A stretch of 64,000 bases of DNA from the NCBI RefSeq assembly GCF_006345805.1, contig NC_043001.1, positions 47,120,001 through 47,184,000 on the forward strand, given 5' to 3'. Position 1 is the first letter of the stretch; the number at the start of each line of letters is the position of its first letter. Below, one piece after another: positions 1 to 13,342 of this stretch. Both the position numbers and the translations under genes were made by a program. The notes under the pieces are model-generated. The model ran no database searches. It was given only the letters and a program-made list of their open reading frames with translations, and had not been told where the DNA came from. Source of the DNA: Octopus sinensis. Its lineage: Eukaryota.

Positions 1-385
1 AAGTGATGCGCACTGTTTTTGAGGGATGCAAAAAGGCCTATACTGGAACATTACCGGGAAAAGGAGTCTATAGCTACCAGTGAAGACTATATTGAAATGC
101 TAGCCAACAAACTGAAACCAGCATTTTGCACGAAACGCCGAAGTCTATTGTCGAAGCAAGTGTTATTTGCACGACAATGCATGCCCATATACAGCTGTCT
201 ACACCATTGAAACTATTGAAAAATTGGGTTTTGCTGGAACACCTATATACGGTCCAGATCTCGTACCTTTCGACTATGATTTGTTTGAAACGCTCAGACA
301 TCCTTTACGAGGATGTCAATTTGGTATGGACGAAGAGGCGTAGGAAGCGGTGCAAAATTGGCTGTGCGACCAGCGGAAAATCTTC
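1..385 (+). mobile_element. Decayed mariner (DD34D) transposase fragment
   Basis: Manual translation from about 170 gives HDNACPYTAVYTIETIEKLGF...YGPDLVPFDYDLFETLR...DEEA*EAVQNWL. This matches the mariner HDNARPH...YSPDLAPSDYHLF motifs. Contains a stop and frameshifts and ends in a (TA)n tract. Confidence 0.85.
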
Positions 386-389
386 TCTC

Positions 390-421
<32 letters not shown>

Positions 422-430
422 GTATGCATG

Positions 431-481
<51 letters not shown>

Positions 482-544
482 ATGTATACTTGTATGCATG
501 TCTATATGTGTGTGTATTTGTATGTATGTTTGTATTTATGTAGA

Positions 545-2240
545 GATCAGTGTTTGGCGATGTCAATAGATTAATTGCAAAATTTACAACATCTCTAAAA
601 AGATTTCCTCCAGTAGCATCTTTATATTCCAAGACCTCAGTATTGGACGTATTTGTCCATTTAACTAAATGAATGCTATTAAACTGAATTTCAATTGAAG
701 CAATTTGTTCTTCAGTTAAATGCATTGCTTCTAAGACAGGTAAAATTGGCTCTTTAAAGTGCTGCAAGATATTCTCTACTGAAAAACATTTGATATTCCT
801 CAGTATATTCAAATTTCCTAGCAAACGGTGCTTGATCTCTTTATAAAGGCAGAGTAAAAACTGTTGTGCTCTTTTGCGAATATTATTTTCTTCGATGGCT
901 GTTACAGTCTTCTTGATAATCATTCCTGCTATCTTTCTCTCAAACCTGAAGCCTAAATTTGGTTTAGAATCCAGAAATTTTTCAAGAGGATCAAGAGGAT
1001 CAATTCTACATGTTGGCAGCACTATCATATCAGCATCAGATTAAATCAAATTTGAAAGATCTTCAAGTAATTTTGTTTTGTCGACAGTGTTTGATTCAAA
1101 GTTTATTCACTTCTGAACATGTTTTTAAATTGGATGCAAAAATAAAAGTTAAAGGTCATTCCTAGAATCACAAAACATTTCATGTAACGTTTGTGCTGTA
1201 AAGCATTTTCTCATTGTAGTTGTAATTTGGAAGTGAGTTTGCAATTCAAACCATTGACTTAAAATTCTATTTACCGCTGGTTCTATTGACAGCCACCTAG
1301 TTGTACAGGAATTCACGATCTTCAAAGGCTCTTTATCATTGATAGCAAGGTAAAGTAGGCGCTTTGTCTTGTTGAAGAATGAGAGAACCATCTATAGGTT
1401 TCGGATATTAAAAATTCTAAATTTATGGGCAAGCATTCAGCACAAGTGTGGGATACTACCAACTGTAAAGAATGACATACACATCTAAATAGAAGTAATG
1501 ATGGAACTTCTTTTAATTTCTAGAAAACACCATTGTTGACTCCTATCATTACTCTAGCATTGTCGGTTCCTATAGCCAGTAAATTTTTTATATCTAATTT
1601 CTTTTTCACTAATTCAATTTTTAAGGCATCTACAATGCCATCTGCATCACATGTTTCTAAAGATACCATACTGAGATATATATGTACTACTTTTTGTGAG
1701 TGTCGCTATAATATATGATAACAATTCCTAACAACTTGTTTATCGATACATCATTTGATGCATCTAATAACAGGCTAAATTTTCTATCTCCTATATCAGA
1801 AATCAAATCAAAATATGGAGCTAGAACATTTCTCACAATATTTGCACATTTTGTACAATGCAACTTCACTTTGGATATAATGTCACTATCAGACATATAA
1901 TTCTTACATAACTCTATTAAGTGATCACAGCTATTAAATGATGAGTTGCAACAAATAAACATTGCTAGATTTGCTCCAAGCATAGATGTCTTACCATTTT
2001 TGGTTTTAATAGAATTGGTAAGAGGAATCATTTGCTGTGGAGATGATGCCTAATGTTTCTTTGCTTCACAGTGGCTTACTAAAAGAGAATATCTTGCCAA
2101 CATATTACATCTACAATATCTGCAATGTGCTTTTGATTGGTCACTAGGTACTTCAAACAACCACTTAGTAACCGCTGGCATCTTGAGCAATTCCTTCGGA
2201 ATTTTTGCTGGTAAAACTTTGTTTTTTTTCTTTACTCATT
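545..2240 (-). pseudogene. hAT-superfamily transposase relic (BED-like zinc finger, catalytic core, start of dimerization domain)
   Basis: Minus-strand fragments read KAHCRYCRCNMLARYSLLVSHCEAKKH (2053-2163), FSLLLDASNDVSINKLLGIVIIYY (ORF 1687-2031), CTTRWLSIEPAVNRILSQWFEL (ORF 1149-1391) and YKDATGGNLFRDVVNFAINLLTSP (ORF 294-1028). The frame is broken and the 3' end is cut off by a microsatellite. Confidence 0.85.
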
Positions 2241-4020
2241 ATAACGTAGTGAGAAGCAAGAAAGTAAATTGAAAGATTAATAAAAAATATAAAATTGAAA
2301 ATACAATTTATCAGTTTGCCGCTAACAATTCTTTCATTCGTCATTAACAATTCTTAAGTTTGCTGCTTACAAATTCTAGAGGCGAAGAATACTGATTCAG
2401 GATGCAGGGTGGCCAACTTATAAATGGAAAAGTAAAATCTGCAGAAGTCTAAAACTGTGTTCTTATACAAACCTGGGAATATCCTATTTCGCTTCCAATC
2501 TTACATTTAACATCTAATGGTAAAACCACAAATATAACTACAATACTTGAAAAAAAAAAAGTAGAAATATAAAGGGGGAGACCCTACCACCCCCGTACTT
2601 CTATACAAGATATATAATCCAAAACAAGCATGAAAAAACACAGGCCTATTTTAAAACAGTCAAACCGAAAGTAAATCAGTCAACCTGTCATGATAAAAAC
2701 TCATCACTACAGAATAAAGCATTGTTAGGACGAATTTCCATGGTTTCATTCTTTGAAATATATTTACATTATTGTGTAGTGAGTGCAGGTGCTGATATGA
2801 GTTATCTTCTCCCCCCTCCTCCAACCAGCACTACTCTGTATCCAAGCCGGTGGGGTGGGGTTGGAAAAGTTCATAAGTTGATAAACTTCCTTTTGATAAA
2901 CTTTCATTTGAAGTTCCAAGAAAGTGAAGGAAAAATTTAACAATAGCCGATAGTCCTAAAATTTGGCTATAAGATACATTAACGAAAATAGAAAAGGAGG
3001 GAAAAGAAGAAAAAAGGGTAACTATTGTAGAAATGTCATGATCAAAGAAAAATACTAAAAAATGCGAAATAAAATCTTAAACCTGCTATTTTCCCTGCTA
3101 AATTCTAGATTCAAAAATTTTCTGCTTAATGCTGAAAAAACAATGCTAGATCTAGCATAAAATATGCTAAATTGGCAATCCTGGTTGAGATACATGTAGT
3201 TTTATGTGTGCGTTTTTTATATGTGTTCATTTCGCAAGATGAACGAAGTATCTAACCTTCACTCTCTCTACCTCTATCTATTTTTCCTCTCTAATTTTCT
3301 GGTTCCCTTTCTTTTATTCCTTTTTCTTCCCTCCCCCTGTTATTCTCTGATTTTTCCTAATCTTTCTTTCGCCTGTAACAACAAACTTGTATAAGCACAC
3401 ACCAGGAGATTTTGTGCGCGTGCATACATATATATGCATTTGTATAAATTTATGTCGTGCCTATATTTGTCTGTATATGTATGTACCCATGTACCTGCGT
3501 CTGTATGTTTAGGATATATACGTATATTGTAGATTTTTTGATATGTGTAAATATTGCTAAACGTATATGTCATCTAGCGTGAAAAACTTTTTTAACGGAT
3601 ATATCATTTAATTTATCAATTTAAGATTTTACAGCTAATTATTTAACTTGGGTATTCAGGCCTTTTCCTTCTTTATAAGCTATTTTTGATTTAAGGTTTT
3701 CTTCGATTTTTATGATAATACGATTTTAAACCGCAATTTGTTATTTCATGCAACCCGGTTATTGAAAAGACCGTTAGTTGAAAGGACCAATGTGTATCTT
3801 TCAAAGTAATTGTATTTCTGCCTATAACTTTATCTTGCTCCATTCTAAACAAAACTGTCCGACAAACGGGAATGTGAAACTCTGAGTAACAGTTTTGGTG
3901 ATATTTTTGCTGTTTTTTAATAACGCATATTACTCTATCTCTGGTATTCGAATACTATTTTTCCACCTAGTTTCGCATTCATGTGCTTACTCTGGTATGT
4001 TGATTCGCTAGCCTCTGCAC

Positions 4021-4230
4021 GCATTTTTTTTCTCTCCTTCTTTCTGTGTTTCTTCTCTGTGTATCTTTCTGTTGAAGAGCGTAGGCTCGAAACGTTAAAG
4101 ACTTGTTTTATTTATATTTCCTGAGCGCCATACTAATACAATTGTTTGTTTGTATTCCACCTGCCTTCGTCTTTTGTTTATTTCCGTAAACCTGCCTTCG
4201 TCTTTTGTCTATTTTCATAAAGCTTCCCGT
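4021..4230 (+). repeat. Short Penelope-LTR-like repeat containing a minimal hammerhead-like motif (4064-4101)
   Basis: Reads TCTTT CTGTTGA A GAGC GTAG GCTC GAA ACGT T AAAGA. It shares GAAGAGC..GCTCGAAACGTTAAA and TTTCCTGAGCG with the reverse complement of the 4276/10479/35924 repeat. Confidence 0.6.
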
Positions 4231-4266
<36 letters not shown>

Positions 4267-4275
4267 ATATATATA

Positions 4276-4482
4276 GTTAATCCAAACATGAAAGCACAAA
4301 AAAAAAACACAACAACGCGAGGACGTGGAAGAAATATAGTATTATTGGACTCTCAGAAAAGAAGGAAAGAAGGAGGGTTTAACGTTTCAAGCGGAGCTCT
4401 TCGTCGGAAACATAGGAGAAGGAAAGATCCAGAGAAGGGAAGACAGAGGAAAAAAAATCGCCAACGGTACATACGAGGTCAC
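4276..4482 (-). repeat. Approximately 205-bp dispersed repeat next to (TA)n, copy 1 of 3
   Basis: GTTAATCCAAAC...GAGGTCAC is near-identical to 10479-10681 and 35924-36137. Confidence 0.9.
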
Positions 4483-4881
4483 ATTCTGAAAGCTATATAT
4501 ATACATATATATACATATATACATATATATCATCTGTACGAGTGCATCTTCCCCCTGACTTATGGTCTCTTAGACGACTCACGTATGTATATCATCATCA
4601 CCACCATCATCATCATATCATCATAAATGTCCAGTGTATCGCAAGTGATACACAGGACAGGCAAATGATTAACTAGTGTATTTAATCTGTCTGTATTATG
4701 TGTATGTGTGTGTGTGTATGTGTGTGTGTGTGTGTATTTGTGTTAGTGTATTCGTGCGTATGTATGTGTTTGTGTATGTACTTAAAGCAATGATTAACAT
4801 GGGTTTGGAAACTGATTGCATACGTGGAACTGTATGTGTGCGTCAGTGTATAAGAATCATGCGTGTTTTAAGAAATATATA

Positions 4882-6111
4882 TCTCTGTATAATTAAAAGG
4901 CAGTTTGTCTGTCTGTGTGTCTGTCAGGTTGTACCCTCACCCTGACCATGGCTTTCAACCGATTCTGATGAAACTTGACACACACATAGCCCAATGTCAT
5001 AATTCAAAACTAACGCAGCGAAAATTTTGAAAAGTCCCCCCAGTTCTGAAAAAAATCGATAAATTCGACATGGGGTCGAGAATCTAAGCTTATCATATGC
5101 AACACATTTTCCGTTGTAGTTTTCGCAACTTGCAATCGATTTTCACCAAACTCATGGTGAAGCTTAATATTACCCCAAGGACGTTAGTTTTCCATGCAAT
5201 ACCTTACCATCAGAAAAAATCGATAAAATCACGCCATTTTGGGAAATCGCATTCAAATTCAAGATGACATATTTTCGACAATATCTTTAACAAATTGGCA
5301 GAAATTTTTTTTGAAATTCACAGCGAGCATCATGTCTGCTCCAAGGAGCTATATGGCCCTTTTGATTCCAATAGGATACGTTATTACTGGAAAAAATCGG
5401 TTAATTACATCATATGTGGCACACATAGCAAACCGATTTTTCTGCGATAATTTTTGAAAGTTCACATAGATTTTCCCTACACCGATGTTGGACATCAAGT
5501 TTGCATTAAATGTCAAACTAACGACCTTTTGTCAATGCAGTTAACAAGTATTGGGAGAAATCGACAAAACCATATCGACCATGCGAACCCTACAAAACTG
5601 ACTTTTGTTAAATAGTTCGTGGATTTCAGGCGATTTTGTCGATTTTTGCCGCTTCAGCTAGGAACGTCGTATACACAGAGGTATTGGAGTGAAGAGAAGA
5701 CGTTGCAACCTACATATGCACCTTCGCCAGACTTAAGTTAGTATTAGGTAGGGCTTAGCTGTGGTCCGAACCCAACTTGGGTTCGTGGGGGGGGGGGGCA
5801 GTGTCAAAAGGGCCGGCATGTGCAACCTTATCACCTCTGCCTGTCAAACTTCTAACCCATGCGTTCCCGTCGTGACACTGATCCCGCTGAACTGGGTTGG
5901 GTGTGCTGAACAAAACCAGAATATTGCACTTTGACTGTCATAGATTTTCTTCATGCGCGCAAAGGAACGGTGCCTTGAATGCCTTAATGCCTTTTAGGCT
6001 TCATTTTACAAAATAACGGTTCAATGAGTACAAAAAGGGTAGAAAGGTAAAGGGCATTGCTTATCGACAAAGTTTCTTACATACCCGGGCAACACCGGGC
6101 TATGCTGCTAG
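4882..6111 (+). mobile_element. Complete non-autonomous Helitron (about 1.23 kb)
   Basis: The 5' end is A|TC (TCTCTGTATAATTAAAAGG, followed by a GTCT microsatellite and CCGATTCTGATGAAACTT). The 3' end has a hairpin CCCGG-GCAACA-CCGGG (6084-6099), then 8 nt, then CTAG|T (6108-6111). It sits between A and T with no TSD. Confidence 0.8.
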
Positions 6112-6807
6112 TATATATATATTTTTAAAGTGAAACGTTGTAAATCGTCTAATGTCTCTCAGAGTATTCTTTAATCATATCTCTAGTACTCCGAGTTGCA
6201 CGTTTCCGATCATTCAACTGATAATCCTAGCCTTTTTTTTTTTTTTTTGAAGAACAACTTCCCGAGCGACGCATGCAAAGATTGTTGTATCAACCTCACG
6301 GTTTTTCATTTCCTTTCTAGCTCTCGTGGGAATGCTCTAAAGGTCTTAGACTTCATACAAGCAAGGTCGTTCTAATAGCTTTGTGCTGTTTAATATGTTG
6401 AAGAATGTAAAAAAAACTGTTTGTGAGCGCGCAGCTGAAAATATCTGTTTTGTGTGCGCCTGCCTGTATACACATATGCATATATACATATAAGCACGCA
6501 CACCTACACAAAATCTCACGCACACATGTATCTATGCATATATATATATATACACACATATGTATACACACACACACACACATATATATATATGGGTGTA
6601 TCTATGCATGTGTGATGCATCATCAAAAGTGGTGTACAATGGGATACCAAATATAATGAACTTTATTTACAATTTGGAACTTTTCACTACTGTATGATTT
6701 TGTTTAAAGCAGATTAACAGTAGTACTATAAAACCATTGATCAACGAAAATACTACAGTACTACGTACGTTTCAGTGAGCTTGTGAGCTGGTAGAGATCG
6801 TAAATCG

Positions 6808-7240
6808 GGATCTTTACCTTTTGACCGACAGATTTAAAAAATAATTTTGTTGTAACTAAACACTTTCAAACTTCGGACACTGTCATATAAAACATCTTTT
6901 ACTCTTAGCATTTTTGAGAAAAACTTATATTTACGAAGTTATTTCACGTTAAGGTACTCGTATTTCAGCTGAATAAAATTACTGCGGTGTATTTTTCGTC
7001 TGTCACTATTATTTATGACATCGTTCGTGCATTTGTACTGGCTTTAAGGTTTTAGGGTTAGAGTTTTAGGGTTAGGGTTAGGGTTTTAGAGTCAGGGTTT
7101 TAGGGTTAGGGTTAGGGTCTATAAATAAATTCGAGAATAAAGTTCTTCATCTTCATAGGACATTCGAATTAAGACAACGGATCTTCATCAGAACGTTGCC
7201 TTAATTCGAATGCCCTATGAAGATGAAGATGACATTTATC
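6808..7240. mobile_element. Partial DNA-transposon derivative of the GGATC-terminus family, carrying TTAGGG-like repeats (7051-7117) and a 36-bp hairpin
   Basis: The start GGATCTTTACCTTTTGACCGACAGATTT...GTAACTAAACACTTT matches the TIR of 25479-25830 and 50002 onward. Confidence 0.65.
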
Positions 7241-7667
7241 TCTGGCGTTCATGCCTCATATATGATACATATTTCCAATGTTTTCAACCAACAAACTTGG
7301 TACTTAATGAAAGTAACTTGGTACTTAATGAAAAGAAAGCTTTACATTGCCCAGAACATATGAAACAAGGGCTAACTAAAAGTCTGAAAGCAAGTATGGA
7401 CGTTTAGGACAAAGTTACGAAAATGGTTTCGGACAGGCAAAAGGTTAAGCTAAAAGATGATGATAGAGGCAATAATGGTGGTGACAACGAAAAATAATGA
7501 TAACAATAATGATGATGATGATGATATCAATTTTGTTATCATCATCATTAATGTCTTCATCATAGAACTGGATCTCCCCCACCTCCTGGTGGATCCTTTC
7601 TTCCCGAGTCATATATATATACTCTTAGGGCCGGTTTCCGTGACATATATTCCTCTACCTGAACGGG

Positions 7668-8213
7668 GCGCGAATTTTTTTTCCTACGAGAGTTCCGGAC
7701 CCCAGTTATGAACTCATTTGCATACAGCCAATCAGAGCTCAACTATCAAGCTAATTTATGAGCGCATAACAAGTGATGGGTGATAAGATATGGTCACTTG
7801 GATAAGGAATGACCATGCTTCTTTTCTCTTTTAAGAATGCTTGTTGTTCTTGTTCTTCTTTCACCCATGGCTGCCTCTGTGTAGTTATTTGTGTTGTTAT
7901 TTCCTTTCTAAAACATTAAGTGGAGAGGGTTACTCGCACATCACCCTCTAGCTACACTTTTCCCATCCACATTTTTACCATATACCTAACAAAATCCGAT
8001 AATAAGTATATATGCAAATCTATCTAATTACTCGTCTCCTAAAACCAGGCATAACTTGGCGATCGGTCGATTAACAATACCGTTCTTCGTCTTGAGTTTA
8101 CTTGGTAGAGTGTCTTTTTTACTTGACAACAAAGTCAAGCTGAAGTCTGATTGGCTGTATGCAAATGAGTTCATTACTGGAGTTCTGAATTCTCGTGGCA
8201 AAAAAAAATTTGC
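7668..8213. repeat. Pair of approximately 70-bp imperfect inverted repeats (possible MITE)
   Basis: 7668-7737 and 8145-8213 are reverse complements. Both contain ATGAACTCATTTGCATACAGCCAATCAGA; the ORF track gives SDWLYANEFITGV on opposite strands. Confidence 0.65.
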
Positions 8214-8289
8214 GGACGGGGCGCCAGTCTGTCGTAGGATTACTCATTTTTACCATCTGAATGAACTGGATCAATGTGAAATGAAGTAT

Positions 8290-8385
8290 TTTGCTCAAGA
8301 ACACAACACGTCGCCCGAGCCAATAATCGAAACCGCAATCTTACGATCATGAGTCCAACACTCTAACCACTAAACCACGTACCTC
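8290..8385 (-). mobile_element. tRNA-derived SINE head
   Basis: The reverse complement resembles the 5' part of the full SINE at 32494 (GTGGTTAG...GTTTCGATT...TGTGTTCTTGAGCAA). Confidence 0.7.
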
Positions 8386-8390
8386 TACTC

Positions 8391-8790
<400 letters not shown>

Positions 8791-9129
8791 CTCCTCTTGT
8801 TCTTCTTTCTTCTTCTTCTCATCATTGTCATTGTCAAAAACCCCTCATCTGTATCATCACCATCGTAGTTATTGTCATTATTATCGTCAGCATTATTCTC
8901 GTCCACATCAAAACTATTATCTTAATCAAATATTGCCATGGTTATCATTATTGATTGTCATAAATTATTAACATCATCGACCTTTTCGCTGAAATCTTCG
9001 GGATCATTACATCATAAGCATCATCATTATCACCGTCGTCATCGTCACCACCACCACCACCACCACCACCACCACCAAAATCACCGTTCTTTGTGTCAGT
9101 AATCCGTGATGTGATCTGCTTTATAGTTG

Positions 9130-9700
9130 GTTATCACAAATATATGTATATGGTGGCAAGGAGAGATAAGCTCGGATCTTTTGTTTAGGATTGAAGTAGG
9201 GTGGCGGATGATTTCTCAGTGAGATAGAAGTTGCAGACTTTGGCGCTGTCTCTTTATACTGGTGTTCTATTATGACTGCTCATGTGATGTTTGTGTTTAT
9301 TCTAGCTGCCTTTTAATTCTAGTTTTGTTTGGATAATACCGTGGACCTTTCCAGATGAGACAGTGAAATGAACTACTGTGTTGTGACGCGCTATTTTTTA
9401 ATGTGTTTTTTATTAACCTTATATAGCACGTTGAAGTCTTGCAAGAAGAAAATATCAGTGTGGTATACAGTATTTAATGCGAGGTTTTTGCTTCTCGTGG
9501 TGCAGGTTTCTCTGCTGTGACTGTTAAATGCTAGTTCTGTTTGTTGGAATTGCCATATGATACTCATTATGTGGCACTTTTTCATTGATGTACATATTAG
9601 ACACCGAAAAGGTGGATTATACCATATGATATTTCTCTCCATGCGTGGTTGGGACGGATGTTATTTGTGACCAGTGATTATTCGAATTTATCGAAATAGT
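9130..9700 (-). mobile_element. Penelope-like element relic (C-terminal RT linker and GIY-YIG end)
   Basis: Minus-strand fragments read ERNIIWYNPPF (ORF 9391-9642), KVCNFYLTEK and LNKRSELISPCHH. These are typical of Penelope ORF C-termini. Confidence 0.75.
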
Positions 9701-10034
9701 AATTACGTCAGAGTACTTCGTCGATCTATGCAGAGTGTTTTTAGAATATGACTTCATTTGAAGATAAAGGTAATACCTTCTTGCAGATGATCTTGTCTGA
9801 CGGCATTAAGCTGTTGGTGCTATTTTAGCGAGATATCTGATGGGGAGTGTTTCATAATTTTGAAAGGCTTATATGATTCCGATTTCAGAGAAGTCAATTT
9901 TTATAGATAATATTCGACTTTCACTTTCCGTCTCATTGCTCTGATAGCTAATAGAATTCGTTTCCAGTATCAGTTATTCGTCTACTTATTTAGTTCCTAA
10001 TCACGAATCCGTCGTCTCAGTACACACCTGCAGT

Positions 10035-10478
<444 letters not shown>

Positions 10479-10482
<4 letters not shown>

Positions 10483-10681
10483 ATCCAAACAAGAAAACAC
10501 AAAAAAACACAACAACGCGAGGACGTGGAACAAATATAGTATTATTGGACGCTCAGGAAAGAAGGAAAGAAGGAGGGTTTAACGTTTCGAGCGGAGCTCT
10601 TCGTCGGAAACATAGGAGAAGGAAAAATCCAGAGAAGGGAAGACAGAGGAAAAAAATCGCCAACGGTACACACGAGGTCAC
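10479..10681 (-). repeat. Approximately 205-bp dispersed repeat with (TA)n on both sides, copy 2 of 3
   Basis: Near-identical to 4276-4482, with (TA)n arrays immediately left and right. Confidence 0.9.
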
Positions 10682-10712
10682 ATATATATATATATATTAT
10701 ATATATATATAA

Positions 10713-10779
<67 letters not shown>

Positions 10780-11274
10780 CATGCTAGAAATGACAGCCAA
10801 CTCTTTTTAAAAGATTATAATTTCAAGTAAACAAAAATGGAAATCGTGGTTGTAAAAAAAAAAAAACTTATTTTCCAAAATTCCAGTTTTTAAGTAAGCA
10901 AAATATCGATACATCCGACTAAAAATTCTTCAAGACGTTGCCCCAGCATGGCCGAAGTCTAATAACTGCAACAGGTAAAAATAAAAAAATTCTGGCGTCG
11001 ATACATTCAACAAAAAATTACTCAAGGGGGTGCCCCTAGCATGGCCACAGTCTAATGACTGAAACAAGTAAAAGGTGAAAAGAAAAAAAATAACCGAAAA
11101 ATATAACCGTGGGGGTTTTTGTCCACTTTCACACTTATAGCCGTTTGTCCTGCACTCAGTAGAAGACACAAGTCCAAGGTGCTGCACAATGGGACTCAAT
11201 CCGGAACCATGTGGTTGGGAAGCAAGCTTCTTACCACACAGCCAGTCACATACATACATACACACACACTTTTG

Positions 11275-11900
11275 TTAGCCGCTCTCCAGCCATCTATTTA
11301 AAGCTGTATACAGCTATGGTACGACCACACTTGGAATTCGCATCATCAGTTTGGAACCCCTATCTTGCTCAGAACATTGACCTCCTGGAATCTGTTCAGA
11401 GACGTGCAACCAAACGCATACCCTCCATCAGACACCTACCATACTCTGAGCGCCTTGTTTCCCTGGGCATGGATTCACTGAAGCTCCGGCATCTGGCGAT
11501 GGACTTGGTAAACACCCACAAAGTTATCAACCACCTCACCAACAACAACACTGAACACATTTTTGATCTCCATGTATCCAACACACGTGGACATGCCTAC
11601 AAAGTCAGAAAACAGCACAGTTCCCATGACTTTCGGAAACATTTTTTCACGCTCAGAGTTGCTGAAGCATGGAACAAACTGCCTGCGTCAGTTGTTGACT
11701 GCCATGACACTGCATCCTTTAAGGCCCTCATGCTTTCCGAAATCCGCCGAAACTACACCTGATTGTCCCCCTTCCATACTCATACACATATGTGTATGTC
11801 ATGACTCATGCACTGTTCTTTTCCTGACGCTTGTACATTACCCTATGTACTATACATACACTTTAGATGAGTTGTAGTGCACCTGAGCACTGTACACAAT
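11275..11900 (+). mobile_element. CR1-like LINE, 5'-truncated (ORF2 C-terminus and 3' UTR)
   Basis: ORF 11211-11762 reads LYTAMVRPHLEFASSVWNPY...LESVQRRATK...TRGHAYK...FFTLRVAEAWNKLP, the characteristic CR1/L2 ORF2 tail. Confidence 0.9.
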
Positions 11901-11907
11901 GTTTTAG

Positions 11908-12367
11908 AGGTTGTATGGTGGACCCATTTGAAAGGGCTATAGTCAGACACTTTCCTCTTTGGTCAAGACCTCATCAACTTTTTCAAGTTTCACTTGAAAA
12001 GGAAGATGAGGTTAGAGAGGAGAGTGCTGTCCGATAGCAAGTTTTCTGAAAGGTGGGTGAATTGTGCGAGAATGGACCAATTCTCAGGTTTCGCCTGTGA
12101 TTAAAAAGGTTTTATAAAAGGAGAAAGGGGCTCTCTACCCCCCATTTGACCAGGCTCCCGTTGGCTTTTATGGGTTTTTTTTCCACCAGGAACCTTTCGA
12201 AGCGCCTCCCCCTATTGGGAGTTTTTCGTTGTTATATTATTTGATTGTTACACTGTTTTTACACGATTTTTTCACTAACGGACAAAACCCTTTGTAACCT
12301 TTCGTCTTGTTTTGTCCCTTTATGTTTTCTAATCATGTGTGTCAGCCCTTGTGGCCAATAAAAAGAA
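11908..12367 (+). mobile_element. L1/Tx1-clade LINE 3' end, followed by (TTA)n
   Basis: Homologous to the ORF2 end at 63710-63920 (TTCCTCTTTGGT...TTTCACTT.AAAAGGAA.ATGAG). It ends CAGCCCTTGTGGCCAATAAA, like the tail at 15191-15220. Confidence 0.8.
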
Positions 12368-13074
12368 TTAATTATTATTATTATTATTATTATTTTCTTT
12401 CAAATTTGCTTCCATTTCTTGCCGAGTGTCTTCCCGACTCCTAGGACAAAGAAACTCATAGTATACATTGGTAGGCCATTAAACCAAACTCAATAGTTCG
12501 TTCAATTTTTTTTTTTAAGTTAAATTAAAATACATGAGCAGCAACAGTTCTCACATCGACAATGCTCTTCTCAATACGTGTGATGTACCAGTTAAGACAA
12601 TCTTTTGCACTTCTTGCAGGGATGGTAAGCCAGGGATCATTCTCATATAATTTTCGGTTCCCTTCTTGATCATTCCTAGTGCTCCTACGATCACTGGTAT
12701 TGTACCGCCTTGAGATGCCACATTTTCTCAATTTCAATGAGTAGGTCTTTATATTTTTTTTATCATCATCATCATCATCATCATCATCATCTATGAAGAT
12801 GATGGAAGAGGTGCAAACAAACATAGGCATACAGTTTACACATTTGGACACATATCCAAATATAGACACATTCAATCAATCACATATTCCTCGTTACGTA
12901 ATCGACGTTAAGTTGTTTCTAGCATCAAACTATTTGTTTTGCCATTAACTGTTTCGTTGGTTGTCATGGAGACGAGACGAACTCTGCCGCCACAATAGTG
13001 GACATATTAGCTGGGATTCATATAGTTATTGCTCACATGGCGTCATTTAATGACTGCTGACTCACCGATTGGTG

Positions 13075-13099
13075 GTGATAATGATGCTGCTGCTGAAGA

Positions 13100-13169
<70 letters not shown>

Positions 13170-13251
13170 CGACGATGATGACGGTGATGATGATGATGAT
13201 GATGAATGATGATGATGATGATGATGATGATGACGACGACGGTGATGACGG

Positions 13252-13282
<31 letters not shown>

Positions 13283-13309
13283 GATGATGATGATGATGAC
13301 GGTGATGAT

Positions 13310-13342
<33 letters not shown>

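Noticed and set aside
2405-3183. CAGGGTGGCCAACTT / AAATTGGCAATCCTG as a hAT TIR pair
   Set aside because: The match is imperfect and the 8-bp flanks differ (TCAGGATG versus GTTGAGAT). The 3183 end may belong to the adjacent hAT relic, but this is unsupported.
7051-7117. TTAGGG repeats as a chromosome end or fusion scar
   Set aside because: They are short, degenerate and embedded in a dispersed TIR element that carries the same motif at 50456.
7160-7195. Minus-strand CUGAUGA...UUCGAAUGUC as a hammerhead (similar pattern at 49495-49535)
   Set aside because: It lacks A15.1 (GAAU rather than GAAA) and I could not form stems I and II.
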